Shown here one piece after another: positions 32,592-48,419 of a stretch of 64,000 nucleotides of DNA; position 1 is the stretch's first letter; each line of letters begins with the position of its first letter. The translations under genes were made by a program, and so were the position numbers. The notes under the pieces were generated by a model. It saw nothing but the letters and a program-made list of their open reading frames with translations. It ran no database searches and was not told where the DNA came from. The stretch is from Bugula neritina (Eukaryota > Animalia > Bryozoa). The stretch covers positions 868,001-932,000 of the forward strand of contig CAXIUT010000230.1 in assembly GCA_964035545.1 (NCBI GenBank), read 5' to 3'.

Positions 32592-35500
32592 AGACTGAAA
32601 CATACTGCAACATACTGAAATGTAATGTAATATACAGAAATGTACTGTAACATACTGAAATATACTGTAACAGACTGAAATATACTCTAACATACCGAAA
32701 TATACTGCAACATACTGCAACATACTGAATTACACTTGAACATAATGAAATACACTGCAACACATTGAAATATACTGCAACATATCGAAATGAATGGTAA
32801 ACTAGTGTAATATACTGTAACATAATGAAACACACCGGAACATACTGCAAAGTATTAAAGTATAGTGTAACACACTGAAATATACGGCAACATACTGAAA
32901 TATACTGCAACACGTTGAAAAATATTGCAACATACTGAAATATACTGCAACATACTGCAACATACTGAAATACACTGCAACACATTAAAATATACTGCAA
33001 CATACTGAAGCATACTGCAACATACTGAAATACACTGTGACACACTGAAATACACTACAACATACTGCAACATACTGAAATACACTGGAACATATTGAAA
33101 TACACTGCGACACATTGAAACATACTGCAACATACTGAATATACTGCAAGATACCGCAACATACTGAAACAGACTGTGACATACTGAAATACACTGCAAC
33201 ATACTGCAAGATACCGAAACCTACTGAAATACACTGTACCATATTGAAATACACTGCATCATACTGCAACATACTGAATTACACTGGAACATATTGATAT
33301 ACACTGCAACACATTGAAATATACTGCAACACACTGCAACATACAGCAGCATACCGAAATATACTGCGACACCTTGAAAAATACTGCAACATACTGAAAT
33401 ATACTGCAAGTGGTGCAACATACTGAAATACACTGTGACATACTGAATTACACTGCAACATACTGTAAGATACTGCAACGTACGGAAATACAGTGTAACT
33501 TATTGAGTTACACTGCATCATACTGCAACATACTGAGATACACTGGAACATATTGATATACACTGCAACACAATGAAATATACTGCAACACACTGAACCA
33601 TATGGCAACATACCGAAATTTACTGCGACACACTGAAAAATACTGCAACATACGAATTATACTTCAAGTGGTGCAACATACTGAAATACAATGTGACCCA
33701 CTGAAATACACTGCAACATACTGCAACATACTGCAACATACTGAAATATTGTGCGACACATTGAAATATACTGCAACATATTGAAATATACTGTAACATA
33801 CTGCAACATACGGCAGCATACCGAAATATACTGCGACACCTTGAAAAATACTGCAACATACTGAAATATACTGCAAGTGGTGCAACATACTGAAATACAC
33901 TGTGACATACTGAAATACACTGCAACATACTGCAAGATACTGCAACGTACGGAAATACAGTGTGACTTATTGAATTACACTGCATCGTACTGCAACATAC
34001 TAAGATACACTGGAACATATTGATAAACACTGCGACACATTGAAATATACTGCAACACACTGAACCATATGGCAACATACCGAAATTTACTGCGACACAC
34101 TGAAAAATACCGCAACATACGAATTATACTTCAAGTGGTGCAACATTCTGAAATACAATGTGACACACTGAAATACACTGCAACATACTGCAACATACTG
34201 CAACATACTGAAATATTGTGCGACACATTGAAATATACTGAAACATATTGAAATATACTGTAACATACTGCAACATGCTAAAATACACTGCAACATACTG
34301 AAATACATTGCAATACATTAAAATATACTGCGACATACTGAAACATACTGCAACATGCTGGAATATACTGCAATATACTGAAATACACTATAACATATTG
34401 AAATATACTGCAACATACTGAATTACACTCTAACATACTGAAATATGCTGTAGCATACTGAAATACACTGCAACACACTGAAGTATACTGTAATACACTG
34501 AAATGTAATGCAACATACTGAATTATACTGCAACATAGTGCAACATACTGAAATACACTGTGACACACTGAAATACACTGAAACATAATGCAACATACTG
34601 CAACATACTGAAATACACTGTAACATATCGAAATACACTGCAACATACTACAACATACTGCAACACACTGAAATACACCGTAACATATCGAAATACACTG
34701 CAACATACTGCAACATACTGAAATACACTGCAACACATTAAAATATACTGCAACATACTGAAACATACTGCAACATACTGAAATATTGTGCGCCACAATA
34801 AAATATACTGCAACATATTGTAATATACTGTAACATACTGCAACATACTAAAATACACTGCAACACATTAAAATATACTGCAACATACAGAAACATACTG
34901 CAACATACTGAAATACACTGTGACACACTGAAATACACTACAACATACTGCAACATACTGAAATACACTGGAACATATTGAAATACACTGCGACACATTG
35001 AAACATACTGCAACATACTGAAATATACTGCAAGATACCGCAACATACTGAAACAGACTGTGACATACTGAAATACACTGCAACATACTGCAAGATACCG
35101 CAACCTACTGAAATACACTGTACCATATTGAATTACACTGCATCATATTGCAACATACTGAAAAACACTGGAACATATTGATATACACTGCAACTCTTTG
35201 AAATATACTGCAACACACTGCAACATACGGCAGCATACCGAAATATACTGCGACACCTTGAAAAATACTGCAACATACTGAAATATACTGCAAGTGGTGC
35301 AACATACTGAAATACACTGTGACATACTGAAATACACTGCAACATACTGCAAGATACTGAGATACACTGGAACATATTGATATACACTGCAACACATTGA
35401 AATATACTGCAACACACTGAACCATATGGCAACATACCGAAATTTACTGCGACACACTGAAAAATACTGCAACATATTGAAATATACTGTAACATACTGC

Positions 35501-36595
35501 AACATACTAAAATACACTGCAACACATTAAAATATACTGCAACATACTGAAACATACTGCAACATACTGAAATATTGTGCGACACAATAAAATATACTGC
35601 AACATATTGAAATATACTGTAACATACTGCAACATACTAAAATACACTGCAACACATTAAAACATACTGCAACATACTGAAACATATGGCAACATACCGA
35701 AATTTACTGCGACACACTGAAAAATACTTCAACATACAAATTATACTTCAAGTGGTGCAACATTCTGAAATACAATGTGACACACTGAAATACACTGCAA
35801 CATACTGCAACACACTAAAAAATTGTGCGACACATTGAAATAGACTGCAACATATTGAAATATACTGTAACATATTGAATTACAGTATAACATACTGAAA
35901 TATGCTGTAGCATACTGAAATACACTGCAACACACTGAAGTATACTGTAATACACTGAATTGTAATGCAACATACTGAATTATACTGCAACATAGTGCAA
36001 CATACTGAAATACACTGTGACACACTGAAATACAGTGAAACATAATGCAACATACTGCAACATACTGAAACACACTGTAACATATTGAATTACACTGCAT
36101 CATACTGCAACATACTGAAAAACACTGGAACATATTGATATACACAGCAACTCATTGAAATATACTGCAACACACTGCAACATACAGCAGCATACCGAAA
36201 TATACTGCGACACCTTGAAAAATACTGCAACATACTGAAATATACTGCAAGTGGTGCAACATACTGAAATACACTGTGACATACTGAATTACACTGCAAC
36301 ATACTGCAAGATACTGCAACGTACGGAAATACAGTGTAACTTATTGAAATACACTGCATCATACTGCAACATACTGAGATACACTGGAACATATTGATAT
36401 ACACTGCAACACAATGAAATATACTGCAACACACTGAACCATATGGCAACATACCGAAATTTACTGCGACACACTGAAAAATACTGCAACATACGAATTA
36501 TACTTCAAGTGGTGCAACATACTGAAATACAATGTGACCCACTGAAATACACTGCAACATACTGCAACATACTGCAACATACTGAAACATACTGC

Positions 36596-39500
36596 AACAT
36601 ACTGCAACATACTGAAATATTGTGCGACACAATAAAATATACTGCAACATATTGAAATATACTGTAACATACTGCAACATACTAAAATACACTGCAACAC
36701 ATTAAAACATACTGCAACATACTGAAACATATGGCAACATACCGAAATTTACTGCGACACACTGAAAAATACTTCAACATACAAATTATACTTCAAGTGG
36801 TGCAACATTCTGAAATACAATGTGACACACTGAAATACACTGCAACATACTGCAACACACTAAAAAATTGTGCGACACATTGAAATAGACTGCAACATAT
36901 TGAAATATACTGTAACATACTGCAACATACTAAAATACACTGCAACATACTGAAATACATTGCAACACATTAAAATATACTGCGACATACTGAAACATAC
37001 TGCAACATGCTGAAATATACTGTAACATACTGAAATACACTATAACATATTGAAATATACTGCAACATATTGAATTACAGTATAACATACTGAAATATGC
37101 TGTAGCATACTGAAATACACTGCAACACACTGAAGTATACTGTAATACACTGAATTGTAATGCAACATACTGAATTATACTGCAACATAGTGCAACATAC
37201 TGAAATACACTGTGACACACTGAAATACAGTGAAACATAATGCAACATACTGCAACATACTGAAATACACTGTAACATACTGCAACATACTGCAACATAC
37301 TGAAATACACCGTAACATATCGAAATACACTGCAACATACTGCAACATACTGAAATGCACCGGAACATAATGGAATACCCTGCAACACATTGAAATATAC
37401 TGCAACAGACTGAAACATACTGCAACATACTGAAATGTAATATAATATACAGAAATGTACTGTAACATACTGAAATATACTGTAACAGACTGAAATATAC
37501 TCTAACATACCGAAATACACTGTAACATACTGAAATATACTGCAACATACTGCAACATACTGAATTACACCTGAACATAATGAAATACACTGCAACACAT
37601 TGAAATATACTGCAACATATCGAAATAAATGGTAAACTAGTGTAATATACTGTAACATAATGAAACATACCGGAACATACTGCAAAGTATTAAAGTATAG
37701 TGTAACACACTGAAATATACGGCAACATACCGAAATATACTGCAACACGTAGAAAAATATTGCAACATACTGAAATATACTGCAACATACTGCAACATAC
37801 TGAAATACACTGCAACACATTAAAATATACTGCAACATACTGAAACATACTGCAACATACTGAAATATTGTGCGACACAATAAAATATACTGCAACATAT
37901 TGTAATATACTGTAACATACTGCAACATACTAAAATACACTGCAACACATTAAAATATACTGCAACATACAGAAACATACTGCAACATACTGAAATACAC
38001 TGTGACACACTGAAATACACTACAACATACTGCAACATACTGAAATACACTGGAACATATTGAAATACACTGCGACACATTGAAACATACTGCAACATAC
38101 TGAAATATACTGCAAGATACCGCAACATACTGAAACAGACTGTGACATACTGAAATACACTGCAACATACTGCAAGATACCGCAACCTACTGAAATACAC
38201 TGTAACATATTGAAATACACTGCATCATACTGCAACATACTGAATTACACTGGAACATATTGATATACACTGCAACACATTGAAATATACTGCAACACAC
38301 TGAAACATACGGCAATATACCAAAATATACTGCGACACCTTGAAAAATACTGCAACATACGAAATATACTGCAAGTGGTGCAACATACTGAAATACGATG
38401 TGACAGACTGGAATACACTGCAACATACTGCAACATACTGCAACATACTGAAACACACTGTAACATATTGAATTACACTGCATCATACTGCAACATACTG
38501 AAAAACACTGGAACATATTGATATACACAGCAACTCATTGAAATATACTGCAACACACTGCAACATACAGCAGCATACCGAAATATACTGCGACACCTTG
38601 AAAAATACTGCAACATACTGAAATATACTGCAAGTGGTGCAACATACTGAAATACACTGTGACATACTGAATTACACTGCAACATACTGCAAGATACTGC
38701 AAGGTACGGAAATACAGTGTAACTTATTGAAATACACTGCATCATACTGCAACATACTGAGATACACTGGAACATATTGATATACACTGCAACACAATGA
38801 AATATACTGCAACACACTGAACCATATGGCAACATACCGAAATTTACTGCGACACACTGAAAAATACTGCAACATACGAATTATACTTCAAGTGGTGCAA
38901 CATACTGAAATACAATGTGACCCACTGAAATACACTGCAACATACTGCAACATACTGCAACATACTGAAATATTGTGCGACACATTGAAATATACTGCAA
39001 CATATTGAAATATACTGTAACATACTGCAACATACGGCGGCATACCGAAATACACTGCAACACATTGAAATATACTGCAACACACTGAACCATATGGCAA
39101 CATACCGAAATTTACTGCGACACACTGAAAAATACTGCAACATATTAAAATATACTGTAACATACTGCAACATACTAAAATACACTGCAACACATTAAAA
39201 TATACTGCAACATACTGAAACATACTGCAACATACTGAAATATTGTGCGACACAATAAAATATACTGCAACATATTGAAATATACTGTAACATACTGCAA
39301 CATACTAAAATACACTGCAACACATTAAAACATACTGCAACATACTGAAACATATGGCAACATACCGAAATTTACTGCGACACACTGAAAAATACTTCAA
39401 CATACAAATTATACTTCAAGTGGTGCAACATTCTGAAATACAATGTGACACACTGAAATACACTGCAACATACTGCAACACACTAAAAAATTGTGCGACA

Positions 39501-42500
39501 CATTGAAATAGACTGCAACATATTGAAATATACTGTAACATACTGCAACATACTAAAATACACTGCAACATACTGAAATACATTGCAACACATTAAAATA
39601 TACTGCGACATACTAAAACATACTGCAACATGCTGAAATATACCGTAACATACTGAAATACACTATAACATATTGAAATATACTGCAACATATTGAATTA
39701 CAGTATAACATACTGAAATATGCTGTAGCATACTGAAATACACTGCAACACACTGAAGTATACTGTAATACACTGAAATGTAATGCAACATACTGAATTA
39801 TACTGCAACATAGTGCAACATACTGAAATACACTGTGACACACTGAAATACAGTGAAACATAATGCAACATACTGCAACATACTGAAATACACTGTAACA
39901 TACTGCAACATACTGCAACATACTGAAATACACCGTAACATATCGAAATACACTGCAACATACTGCAACATACTGAAATGCACCGGAACATAATGGAATA
40001 CCCTGCAACACATTGAAATATACTGCAACAGACTGAAACATACTGCAACATACTGAAATGTAATGTAATATACAGAAATGTACTGTAACATACTGAAATA
40101 TACTGTAACAGACTGAAATATACTCTAACATACCGAAATACAGTGTAACATACTGAAATATACTGCAACATACTGCAACATACTGAATTACGCCTGAACA
40201 TAATGAAATACACTGCAACACATTGAAATATACTGCAACATATCGAAATGAATGGTAAACTAGTGTAATATACTGTAACATAATGAAACATACCGGAACA
40301 TACTGCAAAGTATTAAAGTATAGTGTAACACACTGAAATATACGGCAACATACCGAAATATACTGCAACACGTAAAAAAATATTGCAACATACTGAAGTA
40401 TACTGCAACATACTGCAACATACTGAAATACACTGCAACACATTAAAATATACTGCAACATACTGAAACATACTGCAACATACTGAAATATTGTGCGACA
40501 CAATAAAATATACTGCAACATATTGTAATATACTGTAACATACTGCAACATACTGAAATACACTGCAACACATTAAAATATACTGCAACATACAGAAACA
40601 TACTGCAACATACTGAAATACACTGTGACACACTGAAATACACTACAACATACTGCAACATACTGAAATACACTGGAACATATTGAAATACACTGCGACA
40701 CATTGAAACATACTGCAACATACTGAAATATACTGCAAGATACCGCAACATACTGAAACAGACTGTGACATACTGAAATACACTGCAACATACTGCAAGA
40801 TACCGCAACCTACTGAAATACACTGTAACATATTGAAATACACTGCATCATACTGCAACATACTGAATTACACTGGAACATATTGATATACACTGCAACA
40901 CATTGAAATATACTGCAACACACTGAAACATACGGCAATATACCAAAATATACTGCGACACCTTGAAAAATACTGCAACATACGAAATATACCGCAAGTG
41001 GTGCAACATACTGAAATACGATGTGACAGACTAGAATACACTGCAACATACTGCAACATACTGCAACATACTGAAACACACTGTAACATATTGAATTACA
41101 CTGCATCATACTGCAACATACTGAAAAACACTGGAACATATTGATATACACAGCAACTCATTGAAATATACTGCAACACACTGCAACATACAGCAGCATA
41201 CCGAAATATACTGCGACACCTTGAAAAATACTGCAACATACTGAAATATACTGCAAGTGGTGCAACATACTGAAATACACTGTGACATACTGAATTACAC
41301 TGCAACATACTGCAAGATACTGCAACGTACGGAAATACAGTGTAACTTATTGAAATACACTGCATCATACTGCAACATACTGAGATACACTGGAACATAT
41401 TGATATACACTGCAACACAATGAAATATACTGCAACACACTGAACCATATGGCAACATACCGAAATTTACTGTGACACACTGAAAAATACTGCAACATAC
41501 GAATTATACTTCAAGTGGTGCAACATACTGAAATACAATGTGACCCACTGAAATACACTGCAACATACTGCAACATACTGCAACATACTGAAATATTGTG
41601 CGACACATTGAAATATACTGCAACATATTGAAATATACTGTAACATACTGCAACATACGGCGGCATACCGAAATATACTGCAACACCTTGAAAAATACTG
41701 CAACATACTGAAATATACTGCAAGTGGTGCAACATACTAACATACACTGTGACATACTGAAATACACTGTCACATACTGCAAGATACTGCAACGTACGGA
41801 AATACAGTGTAACTTATTGAATTGCACTGCATCATACTGCAACATACTGAGATACACTGGAACATATTGATAAACACTGCAACACATTGAAATATACTGC
41901 AACACACTGAACCATATGGCAACATACCGAAATTTACTGCGACACACTGAAAAATACTGCAACATACGAATTATACTTCAAGTGGTGCAACATTCTGAAA
42001 TACAATGTGACACACTGAAATACACTGCAACATACTGAAGTATACTGTAATACACTGAAATGTAATGGAACATACTGAATTATACTGCAACATAGTGCAA
42101 CATACTGAAATACACTGTGATACACTGAAATACACTGAAACATAATGCAACATACTGTAACATACTGAAATACACTGTAACATATCGAAATACACTGCAA
42201 CATACTACAACATACTGCAACACACTGAAATACACCGTAACATATCGAAATACACTGCAACATACTGCAACATACTGAAATACACTGTAACATATTGAAT
42301 TACACTGCATCATACTGCAACATGCTGAAAAACACTGGAACATATTGATATACACTGCAACTCTTTGAAATATACTGCAACACACTGCAACATACGGCAG
42401 CATACCGAAATATACTGCGACACCTTGAAAAATACTGCAACATACTGAAATATACTGCAAGTGGTGCAACATGCTGAAATACACTGTGACATACTGAAAT

Positions 42501-45500
42501 ACACTGCAACATACTGCAAGATACTGAGATACACTGGAACATATTGATATACACTGCAACACATTGAAATATACTGCAACACACTGAACCATATGGCAAC
42601 ATACCGAAATTTACTGCGACACACTGAAAAATACTGCAACATATTGAAATATGCTGTAACATACTGCAACATACTAAAATACACTGCAACACATTAGAAT
42701 ATACTGCAACATACTGAAACATACTGCAACATACTGAAATATTGTGCGACACAATAAAATATACTGCAACATATTGAAATATACTGTAACATACTGCAAC
42801 ATACTAAAATACACTGCAACACATTAAAACATACTGCAACATACTGAAACATATGGCAACATACCGAAATTTACTGCGACACACTGAAAAATACTTCAAC
42901 ATACAAATTATACTTCAAGTGGTGCAACATTCTGAAATACAATGTGACACACTGAAATACACTGCAACATACTGCAACACACTAAAAAATTGTGCGACAC
43001 ATTGAAATAGACTGCAACATATTGAAATATACTGTAACATACTGCAACATACTAAAATACACTGCAACATACTGAAATACATTGCAACACATTAAAATAT
43101 ACTGCGACATACTGAAACATACTGCAACATGCTGAAATATACTGTAACATACTGAAATACACTATAACATATTGAAATATACTGCAACATATTGAATTAC
43201 AGTATAACATACTGAAATATGCTGTAGCATACTGAAATACACTGCAACACACTGAAGTATACTGTAATGCACTGAAATGTAATGCAACATACTGAATTAT
43301 ACTGCAACATAGTGCAACATACTGAAATACACTGTGACACACTGAAATACAGTGAAACATAATGCAACATACTGCAACATACTGAAATACACTGTAACAT
43401 ACTGCAACGACCTGCAACATACTGAAATACACCGTAACATATCGAAATACACTGCAACATACTGCAACATACTGAAATGCACCGGAACATAATGGAATAC
43501 CCTGCAACACATTGAAATATACTGCAACAGACTGAAACATACTGCAACATACTGAAATGTAATGTAATATACAGAAATGTACTGTAACATACTGAAATAT
43601 ACTGTAACAGACTGAAATATACTCCAACATACCGAAATACACTGTAACATACTGAAATATACTGCAACATACTGCAACATACTGAATTACACCTACACAT
43701 AATGAAATACACTGCAACACATTGAAATATACTGCAACATATCGAAATGAATGGTAAACTAGTGTAATATACTGTAACATAATGAAACATACCGGAACAT
43801 ACTGCAAAGTATTAAAGTATAGTGTAACACACTGAAATATACGGCAACATACCGAAATATACTGCAACACGTAGAAAAATATTGCAACATACTGAAATAT
43901 ACTGCAACATACTGCAACATACTGAAATACACTGCAACACATTAAAATATACTGCAACATACTGAAACATACTGCAACATACTGAAATATTGTGCGACAC
44001 AATAAAATATACTGCAACATATTGTAATATACTGTAACATACTGCAACATACTAAAATACACTGCAACACATTAAAATATACTGCAACATACAGAAACAT
44101 ACTGCAACATACTGAAATACACTGTGACACACTGAAATACACTACAACATACTGCAACATACTGAAATACACTGGAACATATTGAATTACACTGCGACAC
44201 ATTGAAACATACTGCAACATACTGAAATATACTGCAAGATACCGCAACATACTGAAACAGACTGTGACATACTGAAATACACTGCAACATACTGCAAGAT
44301 ACCGCAACCTACTGAAATACACTGTAACATATTGAAATACACTGCATCACACTGCAACATACTAAATTACACTGGAACATATTGATATACACTGCAACAC
44401 ATTGAAATATACTGCAACACACTGAAACATACGGCAATATACCAAAATATACTGCGACACCTTGAAAAATACTGCAACATACGAAATATACTGCAAGTGG
44501 TGCAACATACTGAAATACGATGTGACAGACTGGAATACACTGCAACATACTGCAACATACTGCAACATACTGAAACACACTGTAACATATTGAATTACAC
44601 TGCATCATACTGCAAGATACTGAAAAACACTGGAACATATTGATATACACAGCAACTCATTGAAATATACTGCAACACACTGCAACATACAGCAGCATAC
44701 CGAAATATACTGCGACACCTTGAAAAATACTGCAACATACTGAAATATACTGCAAGTGGTGCAACATACTGAATTACACTGCAACATACTGCAAGATACT
44801 GCAACGTACGGAAATACAGTGTAACTTATTGAAATACACTGCATCATACTGCAACATACTGAGATACACTGGAACATATTGATATACACTGCAACACAAT
44901 GAAATATACTGCAACACACTGAACCATATGGCAACATACCGAAATTTACTGCGACACACTGAAAAATACTGCAACATACGAATTATACTTCAACTGGTGC
45001 AACATACTGAAATACAATGTGACCCACTGAAATACACTGCAACATACTGCAACATACTGCAACATACTGAAATATTGTGCGACACATTGAAATATACTGC
45101 AACATATTGAAATATACTGTAACATACTGCAACATACGGCGGCATACCGAAATATACTGCGACACCTTGAAAAATACTGCAACATACTGAAATATACTGC
45201 AAGTGGTGCAACATACCAAAATACACTGTGACATACTGAAATACACTGTCACATACTGCAAGATACTGCAACGTACGGAAATACAGTGTAACTTATTGAA
45301 TTACACTGCATCATACTGCAACATACTGAGATACACTGGAACATATTGATAAACACTGCAACACATTAAAATATACTGCAACACACTGAACCATATGGCA
45401 ACATACCGAAATTTACTGCGACACACTGAAAAATACTGCAACATACGAATTATACTTCAAGTGGTGCAACATTCTGAAATACAATGTGACACACTGAAAT

Positions 45501-45510
45501 ACACTGCAAC
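36596..45510 (+). repeat. Higher-order repeat domain of three related units (offsets 2623 and 3499 bp)
   Basis: ORF series 37075/39698/43197, 38187/40810/44309 and 38473/41096/44595; ACTAGT at 37636, 40259 and 43758. Confidence 0.85.
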
Positions 45511-48419
45511 ATACTGCAACATACTGCAACATACTGAAATATTGTGCGACACATTGAAATATACTGCAACATATTGAAATATACTGTAACATACTGCAAC
45601 ATACTAAAATACACTGCAACATACTGAAATACATTGCAATACATTAAAATATACTGCGACATACTGAAACATACTGCAACATGCTGAAATATACTGCAAC
45701 ATACTGAAATACACTATAACGTATTGAAATATACTGCAACATACTGAATTACACTCTAACATACTGAAATATGCTGTAGCATACTGAAATACACTGCAAC
45801 ACACTGAAGTATACTGTAATACACTGAAATGTAATGCAACATACTGAATTATACTGCAACATAGTGCAACATACTGAAATACACTGTGACACACTGAAAT
45901 ACACTGAAACATAATGCAACATACTGCAACATACTGCAACATACTGAAATATTGTGCGACACATTGAAATATACTGCAACATATTGAAATATACTGTAAC
46001 ATACTGCAACATACTAAAATACACTGCAACATACTGAAATACATTGCAATACATTAAAATATACTGCGACATACTGAAACATACTGCAACATGCTGAAAT
46101 ATACTGCAACATACTGAAATACACTATAACATATTGAAATATACTGCAACATACTGAATTACACTCTAACATACTGAAATATGCTGTAGCATACTGAAAT
46201 GCACTGCAACACACTGAAGTATACTGTAATACACTGAAATGTAATGCGACATACATAATTATACTGCAACATAGTGCAACATACTGAAATACACTGTGAC
46301 ACACTGAAATACACTGAAACATAATGCAACATACTGCAACATACTGAAATACACTGTAACATATCGAAATACACTGCAACATACTACAACATACTGCAAC
46401 ACACTGAAATACACCGTAACATATCGAAATACACTGCAACATACTGCAACATACTGAAATACACTGTAACATATTGAATTACACTGCATCATACTGCAAC
46501 ATACTGAAAAACACTGGAACATATTGATATACACTGCAACTCTTTGAAATATACTGCAACACACTGCAACATACGGCAGCATACCGAAATATACTGCGAC
46601 ACCTTGAAAAATACTGCAACATACTGAAATATACTGTAAGTGGTGCAACATACTGAAATACACTGTGACATACTGAAATACACTGCAACATACTGCAAGA
46701 TACTGCAACGTACGAAAATACAGTGTAACTTATTGAATTACACTGCATCATACTGCACCATACTGAGATACACTGGAACATATTGATATACACTGCAACA
46801 CATTAAAATATACTGCAACACACTGAACCATATGGCAACATACCGAAATTTACTGCGACACACTGAAAAATACTGCAACATATTGAAATATACTGTAACA
46901 TACTGCAACATACTAAAATACACTGCAACACATTAAAATATACTGCAACATACTGAAACATACTGCAACATACTGAAATATTGTGCGACACAATAAAATA
47001 TACTGCAACATATTGAAATATACTGTAACATACTGCAACATACTAAAATACACTGCAACACATTAAAACATACTGCAACATACCGAAACATATGGCAACA
47101 TACCGAAATTTACTGCGACACACTGAAAAATACTGCAACATACGAATTATACTTCAAGTGGTGCAACATTCTGAAATACAATGTGACACACTGAAATACA
47201 CTGCAACATACTGCAACACACTAAAAAATTGTGCGACACATTGAAATAGACTGCAACATATTGAAATATACTGTAACATACTGCAACATACTAAAATACA
47301 CTGCAACATACTGAAATACATTGCAACACATTAAAATATACTGCGACATACTGAAACATACTGCAACATGCTGAAATATACTGTAACATACTGAAATACA
47401 CTATAACATATTGAAACATACTGCAACATACTGAATTACAGTATAACATACTGAAATATGCTGTAGCATACTGAAATACACTGCAACACACTGAAGTATA
47501 CTGTAATACACTGAAATGTAATGCAACATACTGAATTATACTGCAACATAGTGCAACATACTGAAATACACTGTGACACACTGAAATACACTGAAACATA
47601 ATGCAACATACTGCAACAAACTGAAATACACTGTAACATACTGCAACATACTGCAACATACTGAAATACACCGTAACATATCGAAATACACTGCAACATA
47701 CTGCAACATACTGAAATGCACCGGAACATAATGGAATACCCTGCAACACATTGAAATATACTGCAACAGACTGAAACATACTGCAACATACTGAAATGTA
47801 ATGTAATATACAGAAATGTACTGTAACATACTGAAATATACTGTAACAGACTGAAATATACTCTAACATACCGAAATACACTGTAACATACTGAAATATA
47901 CTGCAACATACTGCAACATACTGAATTACACCTGAACATAATGAAATACACTGCAACACATTCAAATATACTGCAACATATCGAAATGAATGGTAAACTA
48001 GTGTAATATACTGTAACATAATGAAACATACCGGAACATACTGCAAAGTATTAAAGTATAGTGTAACACACTGAAATATACGGCAACATACCGAAATATA
48101 CTGCAACACGTTGAAAAATATTGCAACATACTGAAATATACTGCAACATACTGCAACATACTTAAATACACTGCAACACATTAAAATATACTGCAACATA
48201 CTGAAACATACTGCAACATACTGAAATAATGTGCGACACAATAAAATATACTGCAACATATTGTAATATACTGTAACATACTGCAACATACTAAAATACA
48301 CTGCAACACATTAAAATATACTGCAACATACTGAAACATACTGCAACATACTGAAACACACTGTGACACACTGAAATACACTACAACATACTGCAACATA
48401 CTGAAATACACTGTAACAT

